From Candidatus Eiseniibacteriota bacterium (GTDB lineage: Bacteria; Eisenbacteria; RBG-16-71-46; JABDJR01), in assembly GCA_963762255.1 (NCBI GenBank), contig CAVXKA010000002.1, positions 1,312,001-1,376,000 on the forward strand: a stretch of DNA of 64,000 nucleotides. The letters run 5' to 3'. The number at the start of each line of letters is the position of its first letter. Position 1 is the first letter of the stretch. The notes below the pieces were generated by a model. The model had not been told where the DNA came from. It did not search any database and saw only the letters and a list, made by a program, of their open reading frames with translations. The position numbers and the translations under genes are program-made. Positions 51,346 to 61,201 of this stretch are shown piece by piece.

Positions 51346-54300
51346 TCACTGCTTCTTATACTTCGGACGCCCCGGTCGAACGACCGGATGAGCCTTGAGC
51401 TCGTCCTGGCAATACCGGATCGCCCGTTCGAGCTGAAGGTCGTGGCCGTCCACCATCGACTCGGGTGTGTTCTCCACCTCGAAATCGGGATCCACGCCGT
51501 GGTTCTCGACCAGCCACTTCCCGTCCACGCTGTACATGCCGAAGTCGGGCATGGTCACGCCGCCCCCGTCCACCAGCGGCAGCCCGTGGCTGATCCCCAC
51601 GAGACCGCCCCAGGTGCGCTTGCCGATGATCGGGCCGCAGCCCATCATGCGGAAGTAGAGCGGGAACGCGTCGCCGCCCGAGCCGGCGTACTCGTTGGCG
51701 AGGATGCATTTCGGGCCGTCGATGCTCCCGCCCGGCGTGCGGAACGAGCCGCCGTCGCGACTCGACCAGTACACCCACGTCGAGCGCATCAGCCGCTCCA
51801 CGAAGAAGTCCGGGATGAACCCGCCGCCGTTGAAGCGCTCGTCCACGATGATCCCGGTCTTGTCGACCTGCGGGAAGTAGCCCTTCCAGAACTCCTGCAC
51901 GCCGGCGATCGACGTGTTGGGAACGTGGATGTAGGCGACCTTCCCATCGGTGGCCTCGTAGACCTTCTTGCGGTTCCCGCTTACCCAGGCGACGTAGCGC
52001 AGCGAGGCCTCGTTGGCGATCGGGGTCACCGTGTAGGTGCGCGCTTTGGAGTCGCCCGCCGAGGCGCCCACCTTGATCGACGTTTGCTTACCGACTGTGC
52101 CCACGAACGCGGCGTGGATGTTCTCCGGCGCCCGCACCGGCCGGCCGTTCACCTCCAGGAGGTAGTCGCCCTCGCGAACGAGGATGCCGGGCTCGCCGAG
52201 CGGCGCCGCGTTCGAGGAGTTCCAGTCGCGCTCCCGGTAGATCTTCGTGAACCTGTAGAGCCCGCTCCCGGCGTCCAGCTCGTAGTCGGCACCGAGAAGC
52301 CCCACCGGCACCGGCATCACGCGCGGCGAATCCCCGCCGCCGACGTAGGCGTGCGACGTCGCCAGCTCCCCGATCAATTCGCCCAGGATGTAGTTGAGAT
52401 CGGCGCGATGCGCGACGTACGGCACGAGCTGGCGATAGCGCTCACCGACCGCTTTCCAGTCCAGTCCGCCCATGTCGGGGTCGTAGTAGAAGTCCCGCTC
52501 GAGGCGCCAGGCCTCGTCGAACATCTGCATCCACTCCTGGCGCGGGTCGACCGATGCCATGAGGGAGCCGGAGTCGATCTTGCCGTCCCCGACCTTCTGC
52601 CCTTCGGCGATGTCCACGATGCCCGCGGTCTCGCCCTTGCGATAGAGGAGCTTCCCGCCGTCCTTGGACACCGAGAAGAACGGATCGACGCCATCGAGAA
52701 CCGTCTTGTCCTCGCGCTTCTCCAGATCGTAGAAGTGGATGGAAGCCGAGCCCTCGCCGTCCTCTTCGGGATCCCCGGCCTCCTCCTGCTTCACGAACAG
52801 AACCTTTCCCTTCAGCGCCTGGATCCCGAGGTAGCGACCGGCCGGCACCGGAATCTCCGCGATCCGCGTGCCGAGTCCGTCCAGACCGATCTTGAGCGCC
52901 GGAGCATCGTCGTCCTTCTTCTCGTCCTTCTTCTCATCCTTCGCGCCCCTTCCGCCCTTCGCCTTATCCCCGGCGTCGCCCTTGTCGCCGTCCTCGGACT
53001 TGGCTTCCCCCGTCTCCTCGTCGCTCTGGGGAGCGACCGGCGAGGCGGTGGTGTCCTGAAGGGTCATCGCGTAGATCTTGTCGGTGGCCTTGAACTGGAA
53101 GTCCAGCTCGAAGGCGCCGATCTCCGGCTGGAACGTGCGCCGCGATACGAAGTAGAGGTACTTCCCGTCGGGATCGAACGCGGGCATGAAATCGTCGCTC
53201 ATCCCGTCGGTGACCGCGGTCGGCTTGCCGCCGCCCAGCGCGTAGAGATGAATGACGGAGAAGCCGGCCTCGGTGGGCTTCGAGTAGCACACCCATTTCG
53301 AATCCGACGACCAATCGTAGTCGTGGATCTCCCCCCACTCGCTGTAGTCCACGTCGGTGATGCGGCCGCTCTCCACGTCGGCCCAGTAGAGTCGCAGCGT
53401 CTTGTCCGAGAAGAGGAGCTTCTTCGAGTCGGGCGACCATACCGGCCGGAAGCGGAACGTGGCTCCTTCGCGAGTCACCTGACGGTCGGGCGTCGCGCCG
53501 TCCGCACCGATCACGTGGAGCTGATACTCACCCGACTTGTCGGAGAGGAACGCGATCCACTTGCCGTCCGGCGACCACATCGGGTCACGCTCCCGCGCAC
53601 CGGGCGTATTGGTGAGGTTTCGCACGTCCCCCTTCTCGGCGGGGACCGAGAACAACTCGCCACGGGCCTCGACCACCACCCGCTTGGCGGACGGCGAGAG
53701 GCTCATCCCCCCGGTCCACTCCGATACGTTGCGGAACTCGACTCGCGCGGCCGGTTTGTCGTCGGGGACCAGCACCGAGAGCTTGGTGAGCTTCTCGGAC
53801 GGGAGGTCCATCACGTAGAGATAGCCGCCGTTCTCGAACACGACGGCGTCGCTTCCTACGCTCGGCCACTTGACGTCGTACTCGGAAAACGTCGTGACCT
53901 GGCGGTGAGTCTTCGCGTCGAGGTCGTAGGCCCACAGGTTGGCGATCTTGGCGTTGCGGTCCGAACAGTAGTAGACCGTGCGACCGTGGAACATCGGCCA
54001 CTCGTCGGGGCCGTCCCAATCGGTGATCTTCTCGGACTGATTCTTATCGAAGTCATAGACCCAGATGTCGGCGGCGCTGCCGCCGCGATAGCGCTTCCAG
54101 GTCCGCCGGTCGTAGCTGGGGCTCACGAAGGCGATCAGCTTGCCGTCGGCTGACAGGCTCGCGTAGCCGGCGGTGGGAAGAGCGAGCATCTCCTCGAAGC
54201 CGCCCCCGGCGGGAACGCGGAAGAAGCGCTCGACGCGCGAGGGTGCAGAGGCACGTGCCGAGCGCAACAGGATGGTGCGCCCGTCCGGATACCACTCCGC

Positions 54301-54651
54301 AACCTGGTCGCCGCCCGGATGCCACGTGAGGCGCTTCGGTTCGCCCCCGACGACGGAGGCGGTGAACGCATCCATGTTGCCGTCGTACTCGGCGGTGAAG
54401 GCGACGGTCCCGCCGTCGGGCGACAACTTGGGGAACTGCTCGATCCCCTCGTGGGTGGTCAAGCGTACGGCGGTCCCTCCATCGCGGGGCACCATCCAGA
54501 GATCCCCCGCGTAAACGAAGACGATCTGGTTTCCTTGAATGTCGGGCTGGCGCAGGAGGCGACATTCCTCGAGCGCGGCGACGGGCGCAGCGGCCCCGAG
54601 CACCAGGACCAACACCAGGGTGAGCAAGCCGGCGAGACGGAAGACAGACAT
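51346..54651 (-). CDS. Tricorn protease (S41), secreted
   Basis: Signal peptide; beta-propeller repeats; PDZ domain; SHAY, DERFNGGG, AGSGGD, GKRTWGG. Confidence 0.93.
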   Translation of the reverse strand: MSVFRLAGLLTLVLVLVLGAAAPVAALEECRLLRQPDIQGNQIVFVYAGDLWMVPRDGGTAVRLTTHEGIEQFPKLSPDGGTVAFTAEYDGNMDAFTASVVGGEPKRLTWHPGGDQVAEWYPDGRTILLRSARASAPSRVERFFRVPAGGGFEEMLALPTAGYASLSADGKLIAFVSPSYDRRTWKRYRGGSAADIWVYDFDKNQSEKITDWDGPDEWPMFHGRTVYYCSDRNAKIANLWAYDLDAKTHRQVTTFSEYDVKWPSVGSDAVVFENGGYLYVMDLPSEKLTKLSVLVPDDKPAARVEFRNVSEWTGGMSLSPSAKRVVVEARGELFSVPAEKGDVRNLTNTPGARERDPMWSPDGKWIAFLSDKSGEYQLHVIGADGATPDRQVTREGATFRFRPVWSPDSKKLLFSDKTLRLYWADVESGRITDVDYSEWGEIHDYDWSSDSKWVCYSKPTEAGFSVIHLYALGGGKPTAVTDGMSDDFMPAFDPDGKYLYFVSRRTFQPEIGAFELDFQFKATDKIYAMTLQDTTASPVAPQSDEETGEAKSEDGDKGDAGDKAKGGRGAKDEKKDEKKDDDAPALKIGLDGLGTRIAEIPVPAGRYLGIQALKGKVLFVKQEEAGDPEEDGEGSASIHFYDLEKREDKTVLDGVDPFFSVSKDGGKLLYRKGETAGIVDIAEGQKVGDGKIDSGSLMASVDPRQEWMQMFDEAWRLERDFYYDPDMGGLDWKAVGERYRQLVPYVAHRADLNYILGELIGELATSHAYVGGGDSPRVMPVPVGLLGADYELDAGSGLYRFTKIYRERDWNSSNAAPLGEPGILVREGDYLLEVNGRPVRAPENIHAAFVGTVGKQTSIKVGASAGDSKARTYTVTPIANEASLRYVAWVSGNRKKVYEATDGKVAYIHVPNTSIAGVQEFWKGYFPQVDKTGIIVDERFNGGGFIPDFFVERLMRSTWVYWSSRDGGSFRTPGGSIDGPKCILANEYAGSGGDAFPLYFRMMGCGPIIGKRTWGGLVGISHGLPLVDGGGVTMPDFGMYSVDGKWLVENHGVDPDFEVENTPESMVDGHDLQLERAIRYCQDELKAHPVVRPGRPKYKKQ

Positions 54652-54715
54652 CGCGAAGCTCCTTACGGCTGTGCGAGCGGGTGGAGGACTGAGGCCGGCG
54701 GGGACCGGAAGGGGC

Positions 54716-54724
54716 ATTCTAGCA
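54716..54724 (-). promoter_or_regulatory. Extended -10 element of tricorn
   Basis: TGCTAGAAT on the minus strand, 65 nt upstream of the ATG. Confidence 0.5.
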
Positions 54725-54802
54725 GGATGGGGCCGAAACGGCGTGCCGCGGAGGGCCCAAGCAGGGCCCTCCACGCCGCCGAGCAGGGTTAACGGTCGGA
54801 GG

Positions 54803-55354
54803 TCAGCTCTCCGCCGGGACGAAGTACACGTCGGTCGGCTTGAGCTTGCTATTGCGCAGGAAACGCGGTTTAACCTTCATCCCGATCCACTCCAGAGACG
54901 CCTTGTCGGGGTCCATACCCATGATCCGGGTGAGAAGGAGCGTGTTCGCCCCCTCGAACTCGACCAGGGCGAGCACGAACGGCGTCTCGGGCAGGAATTC
55001 CTCCGACCCGAAGTGGCAGACCGTGAAGGCATGCACGTGCGCCTCACGGTCGGTGATGTCGATCCAGTCGGTCTCCTCCCCGGTGTACATGTCGTTGCCG
55101 CGCGGCTGCGGGTACGTGTAGCCGGTCTTCGGGTCCTTGGAGGCGATGATCCGGCGGTTGGTGAGCGCGGCGAACCAGGGACTGTCCTGGCCGTAGGAGT
55201 GCAGATACGCGATCCGGTACTCCTGCTCGATCTGGATCGGGGTCATCTTCTTGAGGAACGCCAGCGAATCGGGATCGGTCTCCACCGGGAACGGGATCCC
55301 GTGGACGACGAATCCTCCCAACGTCTCTTCGCGGCGGGAAGGCAACTTGGCCAT
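54803..55354 (-). CDS. DUF35-like OB-fold protein
   Basis: Motifs HAFTVCH, PFVLALVEFEG, IGMKVKPRF; downstream of a thiolase. Confidence 0.85.
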   Translation of the reverse strand: MAKLPSRREETLGGFVVHGIPFPVETDPDSLAFLKKMTPIQIEQEYRIAYLHSYGQDSPWFAALTNRRIIASKDPKTGYTYPQPRGNDMYTGEETDWIDITDREAHVHAFTVCHFGSEEFLPETPFVLALVEFEGANTLLLTRIMGMDPDKASLEWIGMKVKPRFLRNSKLKPTDVYFVPAES

Positions 55355-55425
55355 GATGAACTCCTTCTACTGACCGCACCGCGAGCGCGGCGCGAGGTGC
55401 ATGCGGTTGTGCTCGTGCGTCGCGC

Positions 55426-56790
55426 TCACGCTTCGCGCTCGAGAATGCTCACGGAGACGTAGGTTCCGGTGCCGGCGTGGGAGTGGATCGCTCCCCGCTT
55501 GGCGTCCTTGACCTGGAGGGTGGCGTCGCCGAAGTGCTTCTTGATCGTCCCCTGCAACTGCCAGATCGCGAAGACGCCCTGCATGAGGCCGGTGGCGCCC
55601 ACGGGGTGTCCGCAGGCGATGAGCCCGCCCGAGGGATTGACCGCGCACTGGGGCTTCTCGGCGAGCTTGAGACCGTAGTCCACGCTCGGCATGAACGCCT
55701 TGCCCGAAGCGGCGAAGGGACCGCCCTCGCCGTACCGGCAGAGGCCCATGTCCTCATAGGTCTGGAGCTCGCTCGAGGTGTAGGCGTCGTGAAGCTCGAC
55801 GAAATCGAGTTCGTTCAGGGGGTCCTTGATCCCCGCCCCGCGGTAGGCCATGTTGCCCGCCGTGCGGCCGGCCCGGAACGAGTGAACGCCGGGGTACCGC
55901 GTGCCGTGCTTCCAGAGCTTCTGGTAGTAAGCGCGCGTGTCCTCGGAGTTCCGCTCCTGCTCGGTGGCGTAATCGTTCATGAACGCGTCGTAGTCGACGT
56001 GCGGTCGATCGGCCATGCGCATGGCGTCCGTGCCGCGACCGATGCCGGTCACCTTCACCAGGGGTCGCGGGATCTTCGCCCCGGCCGCCTCCAGCCTCTT
56101 GATCCCCTCTTCGGAGGCGAGGACCGTCGCCGCGGCGCCGTCCGACATCACGCAGATGTCGAGGCGGGTCAGGGGCCACGCCACCATGGGCGCGTTGCGC
56201 ACGTCGGCGATGGTGTACCGGTTGCGCTTCTGGGAGTACGGGTTGTGATAGGCGTTGCGATGATTCTTCACGCTCACCGCCGCCATCTGCTCGACGGTCG
56301 TCCCGAACTCCTTCATGTGACGCGTGACCATCATCGCGTAGTAGCCGGAGTAGAAACCGCCGACCGGGTAGTCGAACGACACATCGGAGGCAAGCGCTAT
56401 GAACTCGTTCCCCTTCCACGTCTCCACGTGGCTCATGTTCTCGAACCCGTAGGCCACGCAGACATCCATGTGCCCGCTGGCCACCGACTTCCACGCCTCC
56501 TGGAAGCAGAGTCCTCCGGTGGCGCCTCCGCCCTCCACGCGATGGCTGGGTTTGGGACACAGGCCGAGATAGTCTTGGACCATGATTCCGGCCATGAGCT
56601 GGCGGCTGAAGTGGTCCGAGAAATAAGAGGCCACCGAACCGTCCACCGCGCGGGTGAAGTCCGGGAACGACAGTCCGATGTCCCGGATGGCGTAGTCGTA
56701 CGCCTCCTTGACCACCGCTTGAAACGTCTTGTCGGGGCGGGCCTTGGCGAACTTGGAGACCCCCCCGGATACTGCATAGACGGGTCGCAT
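55426..56790 (-). CDS. SCP2-type thiolase-like protein
   Basis: Motifs SDGAAA, ELHDAY, NPSGGLIACGHPVGATG. Confidence 0.88.
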   Translation of the reverse strand: MRPVYAVSGGVSKFAKARPDKTFQAVVKEAYDYAIRDIGLSFPDFTRAVDGSVASYFSDHFSRQLMAGIMVQDYLGLCPKPSHRVEGGGATGGLCFQEAWKSVASGHMDVCVAYGFENMSHVETWKGNEFIALASDVSFDYPVGGFYSGYYAMMVTRHMKEFGTTVEQMAAVSVKNHRNAYHNPYSQKRNRYTIADVRNAPMVAWPLTRLDICVMSDGAAATVLASEEGIKRLEAAGAKIPRPLVKVTGIGRGTDAMRMADRPHVDYDAFMNDYATEQERNSEDTRAYYQKLWKHGTRYPGVHSFRAGRTAGNMAYRGAGIKDPLNELDFVELHDAYTSSELQTYEDMGLCRYGEGGPFAASGKAFMPSVDYGLKLAEKPQCAVNPSGGLIACGHPVGATGLMQGVFAIWQLQGTIKKHFGDATLQVKDAKRGAIHSHAGTGTYVSVSILEREA

Positions 56791-57098
56791 GGTTTCTCCT
56801 TCAGGCGGGTAGGAACGAATTGGGGAAGAGCGAGATATTGCAGCATTCTAAGAGACGTCGATGCACTGGCATAGCAAGACATACCGTGGAAATGCGGTTT
56901 CCGCGAAAGTGCCGGGCATGTCTCGACGCGGGGGGGGCGTCGGCCGGGCCCCGGTTGAAGCCCCTTCGGAGCGAATTGACGGCGCACCATCAATCTTCCC
57001 AGCCGGATTGAAGTGCGGGCACGAATCTTCAGAAATTCGCTCTCTGAAATGGGTTAGCGGATCAGGACGGGAGGCCGCGCGCCGATATTTCTCACACC

Positions 57099-58927
57099 AT
57101 GAAGCCCGTCCCGACCCTCACCCATCAGGCTGGCCGCTGGGTTAGCCTCCGCGCGGGCACGACCGTCGCGGTCCTGGTCCTTCTCGCCGGCGCCCTCGCC
57201 TTCGCGCAACTCCAGCGGATGGCCCACCGCGCGTATCGGTCGGAGACCGTCCTCCACGCCCTCGGCACGCAAGTGAGTCGGATGAACGGGCTCGAATGGG
57301 AGGCGATCGCGATCCACGAGCTGTCCATCGAGTCCGACGTCGAATGGCAGGAGGCGCGGGAAGCGGCCGAGCACGAGATGCACACGCTACTCGAGCAGCC
57401 GGGGGCCGGCGCGAGGGTCAAGGCCCTGGAGAGCGCCCTCCACGCTTACGACGAGGCCATCATCAGGGAGTTCACGCTGATCAGGTTGGGGAAGATCGAC
57501 GAGGCCGAGCGGCTGGATGCTGAGACCGTGGACCCTTTGTACGACTTTCTCTTCGACACGATCACCGACCTGACGGGCGGGTATCGCGACCAGGCGATCC
57601 GCGCGGGCCGCTTCGGCCTCGGAGGAGGTCTCCTGACCGTTCTCGCCGCCCTGATCGCGATGGGCTACCTCGCGTGGAATGCTCAGTCCGCGCGACGGGA
57701 CATCGCGGTGACGTTGGCGGAGCAGCGGGTGCGGCAGGAGAGCGAGGAACGCTACCGGGGTCTGTTCGAAGCCAACCCGCACCCGATGTGGGTCGTCGAC
57801 TTGGCGACGCTGCGGTTCCTCGCGGTGAACTCGGCGGCGATCGAACGCTATGGGTATTCGCGCGAGGAATTTGGCGGGATGACACTGGAGGATGTGCGCC
57901 CCTTCGAGGATCTCGTTTCGATGTTCGGCGATGCGCAAACATGGAACGGCTCGGCCCATCACCACGGTCCATCGCGGCCACCGAACCAAGGACGGATCCA
58001 TCTTCCAGGCCGAGGCCACCTGTCGCCGCCTGGACTTCGCGGGCCGCCCCGCGGCGCTCTCGCTGGTCCGGGACGTGACCGATCGCCTGCGCCTGGAGGA
58101 AGAGCTGCGAGAGTCCCACAAGCTGGAGGCGGTGGGACGTCTGGCCGGCGGCGTGGCCCACGACTTCAACAACATCCTCACAGGGATCAGCGGCTTCGCC
58201 CAGCTCCTGGCGGCGGGGCTCCCCGATGAAGCGCACCGCAAGCACCGCAGATACGCCGAGGAAATCGTCACGTCCACACGAGCGCGCGGCCGGGCTCACA
58301 CAGCAGCTTCTTGCCTACAGCCGCCGGCAACCGCGGCGGGCGGAGGTTCTGGACCTGAACACGTTCATCGGCACCGTGCAGCACATCATTCAGCCGGTGG
58401 TCGGCAGCGCGATCCACGTGGAGGTGCGCAAGGCTCCGGATCTTTGGCCGGTTCGGATCGACCCGGGCCAGATCGAGCAGGTGATGGTGAGTCTGGCGGG
58501 ACACGCCCGCGACGCCATGCCTAACGGGGGAACGTTTACCCTGGAGACGGGGAATGCCCTTCTCGATGAGCGACAGGCCGCGGCCCTCGGAGGTCTTCCA
58601 GCCGGTGAGTATGTCGCCATCGAGATCAGCGACACCGGACCGGGAACCGGCGAGGAGACTCGAACCCGCATCTTCGACCCATTCTTCTCGGCCCGGCCGG
58701 ACAGTCCGGGCACCGGTCTGGGTCTGGCGATCGCCCAGAGCATCGTGAAGCAGAGCGGCGGGTTCATCACGGTGGAGAGTGCGGCCGGCCGGGGAACGAC
58801 GTTCCGACTACATATTCCGCGGGCGCAAGGGGAGATCGGAACCGCAGCGCCCCGCCCTTGGGCCGGCCGGATTCGCCGGAACAGGGGAACTGGGCTCGGG
58901 GAACGGCCGGCAGGCGGCCTGAAATAG
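57099..58927 (+). CDS. Membrane PAS sensor histidine kinase, two +1 frameshifts (about 57950 and 58277)
   Basis: Two TM segments; [12 protein letters not shown]; H-box [12 protein letters not shown]; ISDTGPG, IFDPFF, GTGLGL, GRGTTF. Confidence 0.85.
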
Positions 58928-58930
58928 GGC

Positions 58931-58959
58931 TTGCGCCCACCCCCCGGCTCCTGTACAGT
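58931..58959 (+). promoter_or_regulatory. Sigma70-type promoter of the RRM gene
   Basis: TTGCGC-17 nt-TACAGT. Confidence 0.45.
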
Positions 58960-59157
58960 CTCTCGCGTGTGGGGTGTGGTGACGGTCGGTTTAAAGGTGA
59001 TTTTCCTCCCGATGTGCCGCGAGCATTGATCGCGTCTCCTCCCGAGCCTTCGCCGATTTCCGCTGTCTCTGTGGGGTTCCAGGATCCTTCCGCCCATCCG
59101 GACGGGAGGCGGTATGCTCAGTCCAATCCCGCCATCGAGCGGGACTTACGAGGAACG

Positions 59158-59460
59158 ATGTCCAAGAAGATCTACGTGGGCAACTTGCCCTTCAGCGCTA
59201 CCCAGGAAGACATTCATCGCCTGTTCTCGCAGTACGGGACGGTGGAAAACGTTTCGCTCATCACCGACCGCGACACCGGCCGCCTCAAGGGGTTTGGCTT
59301 TGTCGAGATGTCGGCTGAGGGCGCAGCAAAGGCCATCGCCGCGCTCGACCAGACCGAGTTCGGCGGCCGCAACCTCAACGTGAACGAGGCCCGGCCTCGT
59401 GAGGAAGGTCGCGGTGGCGGCGGCGGCGGCTCCCGCGGTCCGCGCGGTCCCCGCTGGTAA
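59158..59460 (+). CDS. RRM RNA-binding protein with Gly-rich tail
   Basis: RNP2 KIYVGNL, RNP1 [15 protein letters not shown]. Confidence 0.95.
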   Translation: MSKKIYVGNLPFSATQEDIHRLFSQYGTVENVSLITDRDTGRLKGFGFVEMSAEGAAKAIAALDQTEFGGRNLNVNEARPREEGRGGGGGGSRGPRGPRW

Positions 59461-59487
59461 TCTGACCCAGCGCTGACAGTTCGAATA

Positions 59488-59524
59488 ATCGGGGCCCGGC
59501 TCCCAAGCCGGGCCCCGATGCTTT
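59488..59524. terminator. Bidirectional terminator
   Basis: ATCGGGGCCCGGCT-ccca-AGCCGGGCCCCGAT between convergent genes. Confidence 0.8.
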
Positions 59525-59548
59525 ATGTCCCGGAAAGCGCGCGTCGCC

Positions 59549-61201
59549 CTATGTCCGGGAAAGCCGCGTCGGACCGGCCGCCGCCACCTCGGTGGGGCAA
59601 CCCTCCATGTAGAGCTTGAAGTTCTCGATGTAGCGCGCGGCCAGCCCGTCGTAGGTCTTCCAGTACTCGTCCTTGTTGCCCCACGCGTTGGAGGGCTCGA
59701 GCACGTCCTCGGGAACCTCCGGGCAACTGAGCGGCACTTCGAAGTCGAACAGTTTGTCCTTGCGGTATTTCACCTTCGCAAGCTTGCCCTCGAGCGCCGC
59801 GTTCAGAAGATTCCGGGTGTGGCGAATGCTGATGCGCTTGCCCACCCCGAACCGGCCGCCCACCCATCCGGTGTTGACGAGCCAGCACGCGCAATCGTGC
59901 TTCAGCATCTTCTCGCTCAGGAGTTTCGCGTAGAAGAACGGGTGATGGACCATGAACGGCGCCCCGAAGCAGGCGCTGAAGGTGATCTGCGGCTCGATGC
60001 CGAGCCCGATCTCCGTCCCCGCGATCTTCGAGGTGTACCCGCTGATGAAGTGATACATGGCCTGCTCGGGGTTCAGGCGCGCGATGGGCGGGAGCACCCC
60101 CGAGGCGTCGCAGGTGAGGAAGATCACGTTCCGCGGGTGCGAATGCACGTACCCTTCCTGAATCACGTTGGGGATCATGCTGATCGGATAGGATGCGCGC
60201 GTGTTCTCGGTGTTCCGGTCGTCGTCGAGATCGATTCGCCGCGACGCGGGATCCCACACCACGTTCTCGAGAATGGTGCCGAACTGGTGCGTGGTGGCGT
60301 GGATCTGCGGCTCGTGCTCCGCGGAGAGCCGGATCACCTTCGCGTAGCAGCCCCCCTCGAAATTGAACACGCCGGTGTCGCTCCAGCCGTGCTCGTCGTC
60401 CCCGATGAGGTTGCGCTTGGGGTCGGCGGACAAGGTGGTCTTTCCCGTGCCGGACAGCCCGAAGAAGAGGGCGACGTCACCCTCCGGCCCCACGTTGGCC
60501 GAGCAGTGCATGGCCATCACCCCGCGGAGCGGCATGAGGTAGTTCATGATCGTGAAGACGCTTTTCTTGATCTCTCCGCCGTAGGCGCTGTTGGCGATCA
60601 GCCCAAGCCGGGAGGCGAAGTTGAGCATGATGGCGGTATCGGTGCGGGTGCCGTCGACGCGCGGGTCCACCTTGAACGAGGGTGCGGCGATCACCGTGAA
60701 CTCGGGGACGTGCCGCTTGAGTTCGTCCTGATTGGGGATGGTGATGAACATGTTGCGCGCGAAGAGGCTGTGCCAGGCCTTGGTGGTGATGATGCGGATC
60801 GGCATGCGGTATTCGGGATCCGCACCGACGTAGCAGTCCTGCACCCACACTTCCTCGCCCTGCATGAACGCCTGGAGTCGCCCGAGAACGCTGTTGAACC
60901 CTCCCGGACTGGCCGGGCGGTTGTACTCGCCCCACCAGATCCGGTCCTCGTTCTCCGGCTCCCTGACGATGTACTTGTCCGCAGCAGCCCGGGCGCTCCA
61001 CTTTCCGGTGTTGACCAGGAAGGCACCGCCACGGACGAGGTGCCCCTCGTTGCGGAACACTGCCTCTTCGACCAGAGCCGAGTCGGGCAGATTCCAGTAC
61101 ACGCGGTCCAGGTGCTCCAAGCCGTGGTTGTTCAGCTTGAACTCGCTGGCCAGTTCGCCAGCCTGCTTGCTTGCCGGAGTATCGAATTCGAGGTACTTCA
61201 C
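59549..61201 (-). CDS. pckA: Phosphoenolpyruvate carboxykinase (ATP)
   Basis: Motifs YGGEIKKS, MHCSAN, GLSGTGKTTLS, IGDDEHGW, NFEGGCYAK, TENTR. Confidence 0.96.
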   Translation of the reverse strand: MKYLEFDTPASKQAGELASEFKLNNHGLEHLDRVYWNLPDSALVEEAVFRNEGHLVRGGAFLVNTGKWSARAAADKYIVREPENEDRIWWGEYNRPASPGGFNSVLGRLQAFMQGEEVWVQDCYVGADPEYRMPIRIITTKAWHSLFARNMFITIPNQDELKRHVPEFTVIAAPSFKVDPRVDGTRTDTAIMLNFASRLGLIANSAYGGEIKKSVFTIMNYLMPLRGVMAMHCSANVGPEGDVALFFGLSGTGKTTLSADPKRNLIGDDEHGWSDTGVFNFEGGCYAKVIRLSAEHEPQIHATTHQFGTILENVVWDPASRRIDLDDDRNTENTRASYPISMIPNVIQEGYVHSHPRNVIFLTCDASGVLPPIARLNPEQAMYHFISGYTSKIAGTEIGLGIEPQITFSACFGAPFMVHHPFFYAKLLSEKMLKHDCACWLVNTGWVGGRFGVGKRISIRHTRNLLNAALEGKLAKVKYRKDKLFDFEVPLSCPEVPEDVLEPSNAWGNKDEYWKTYDGLAARYIENFKLYMEGCPTEVAAAGPTRLSRT

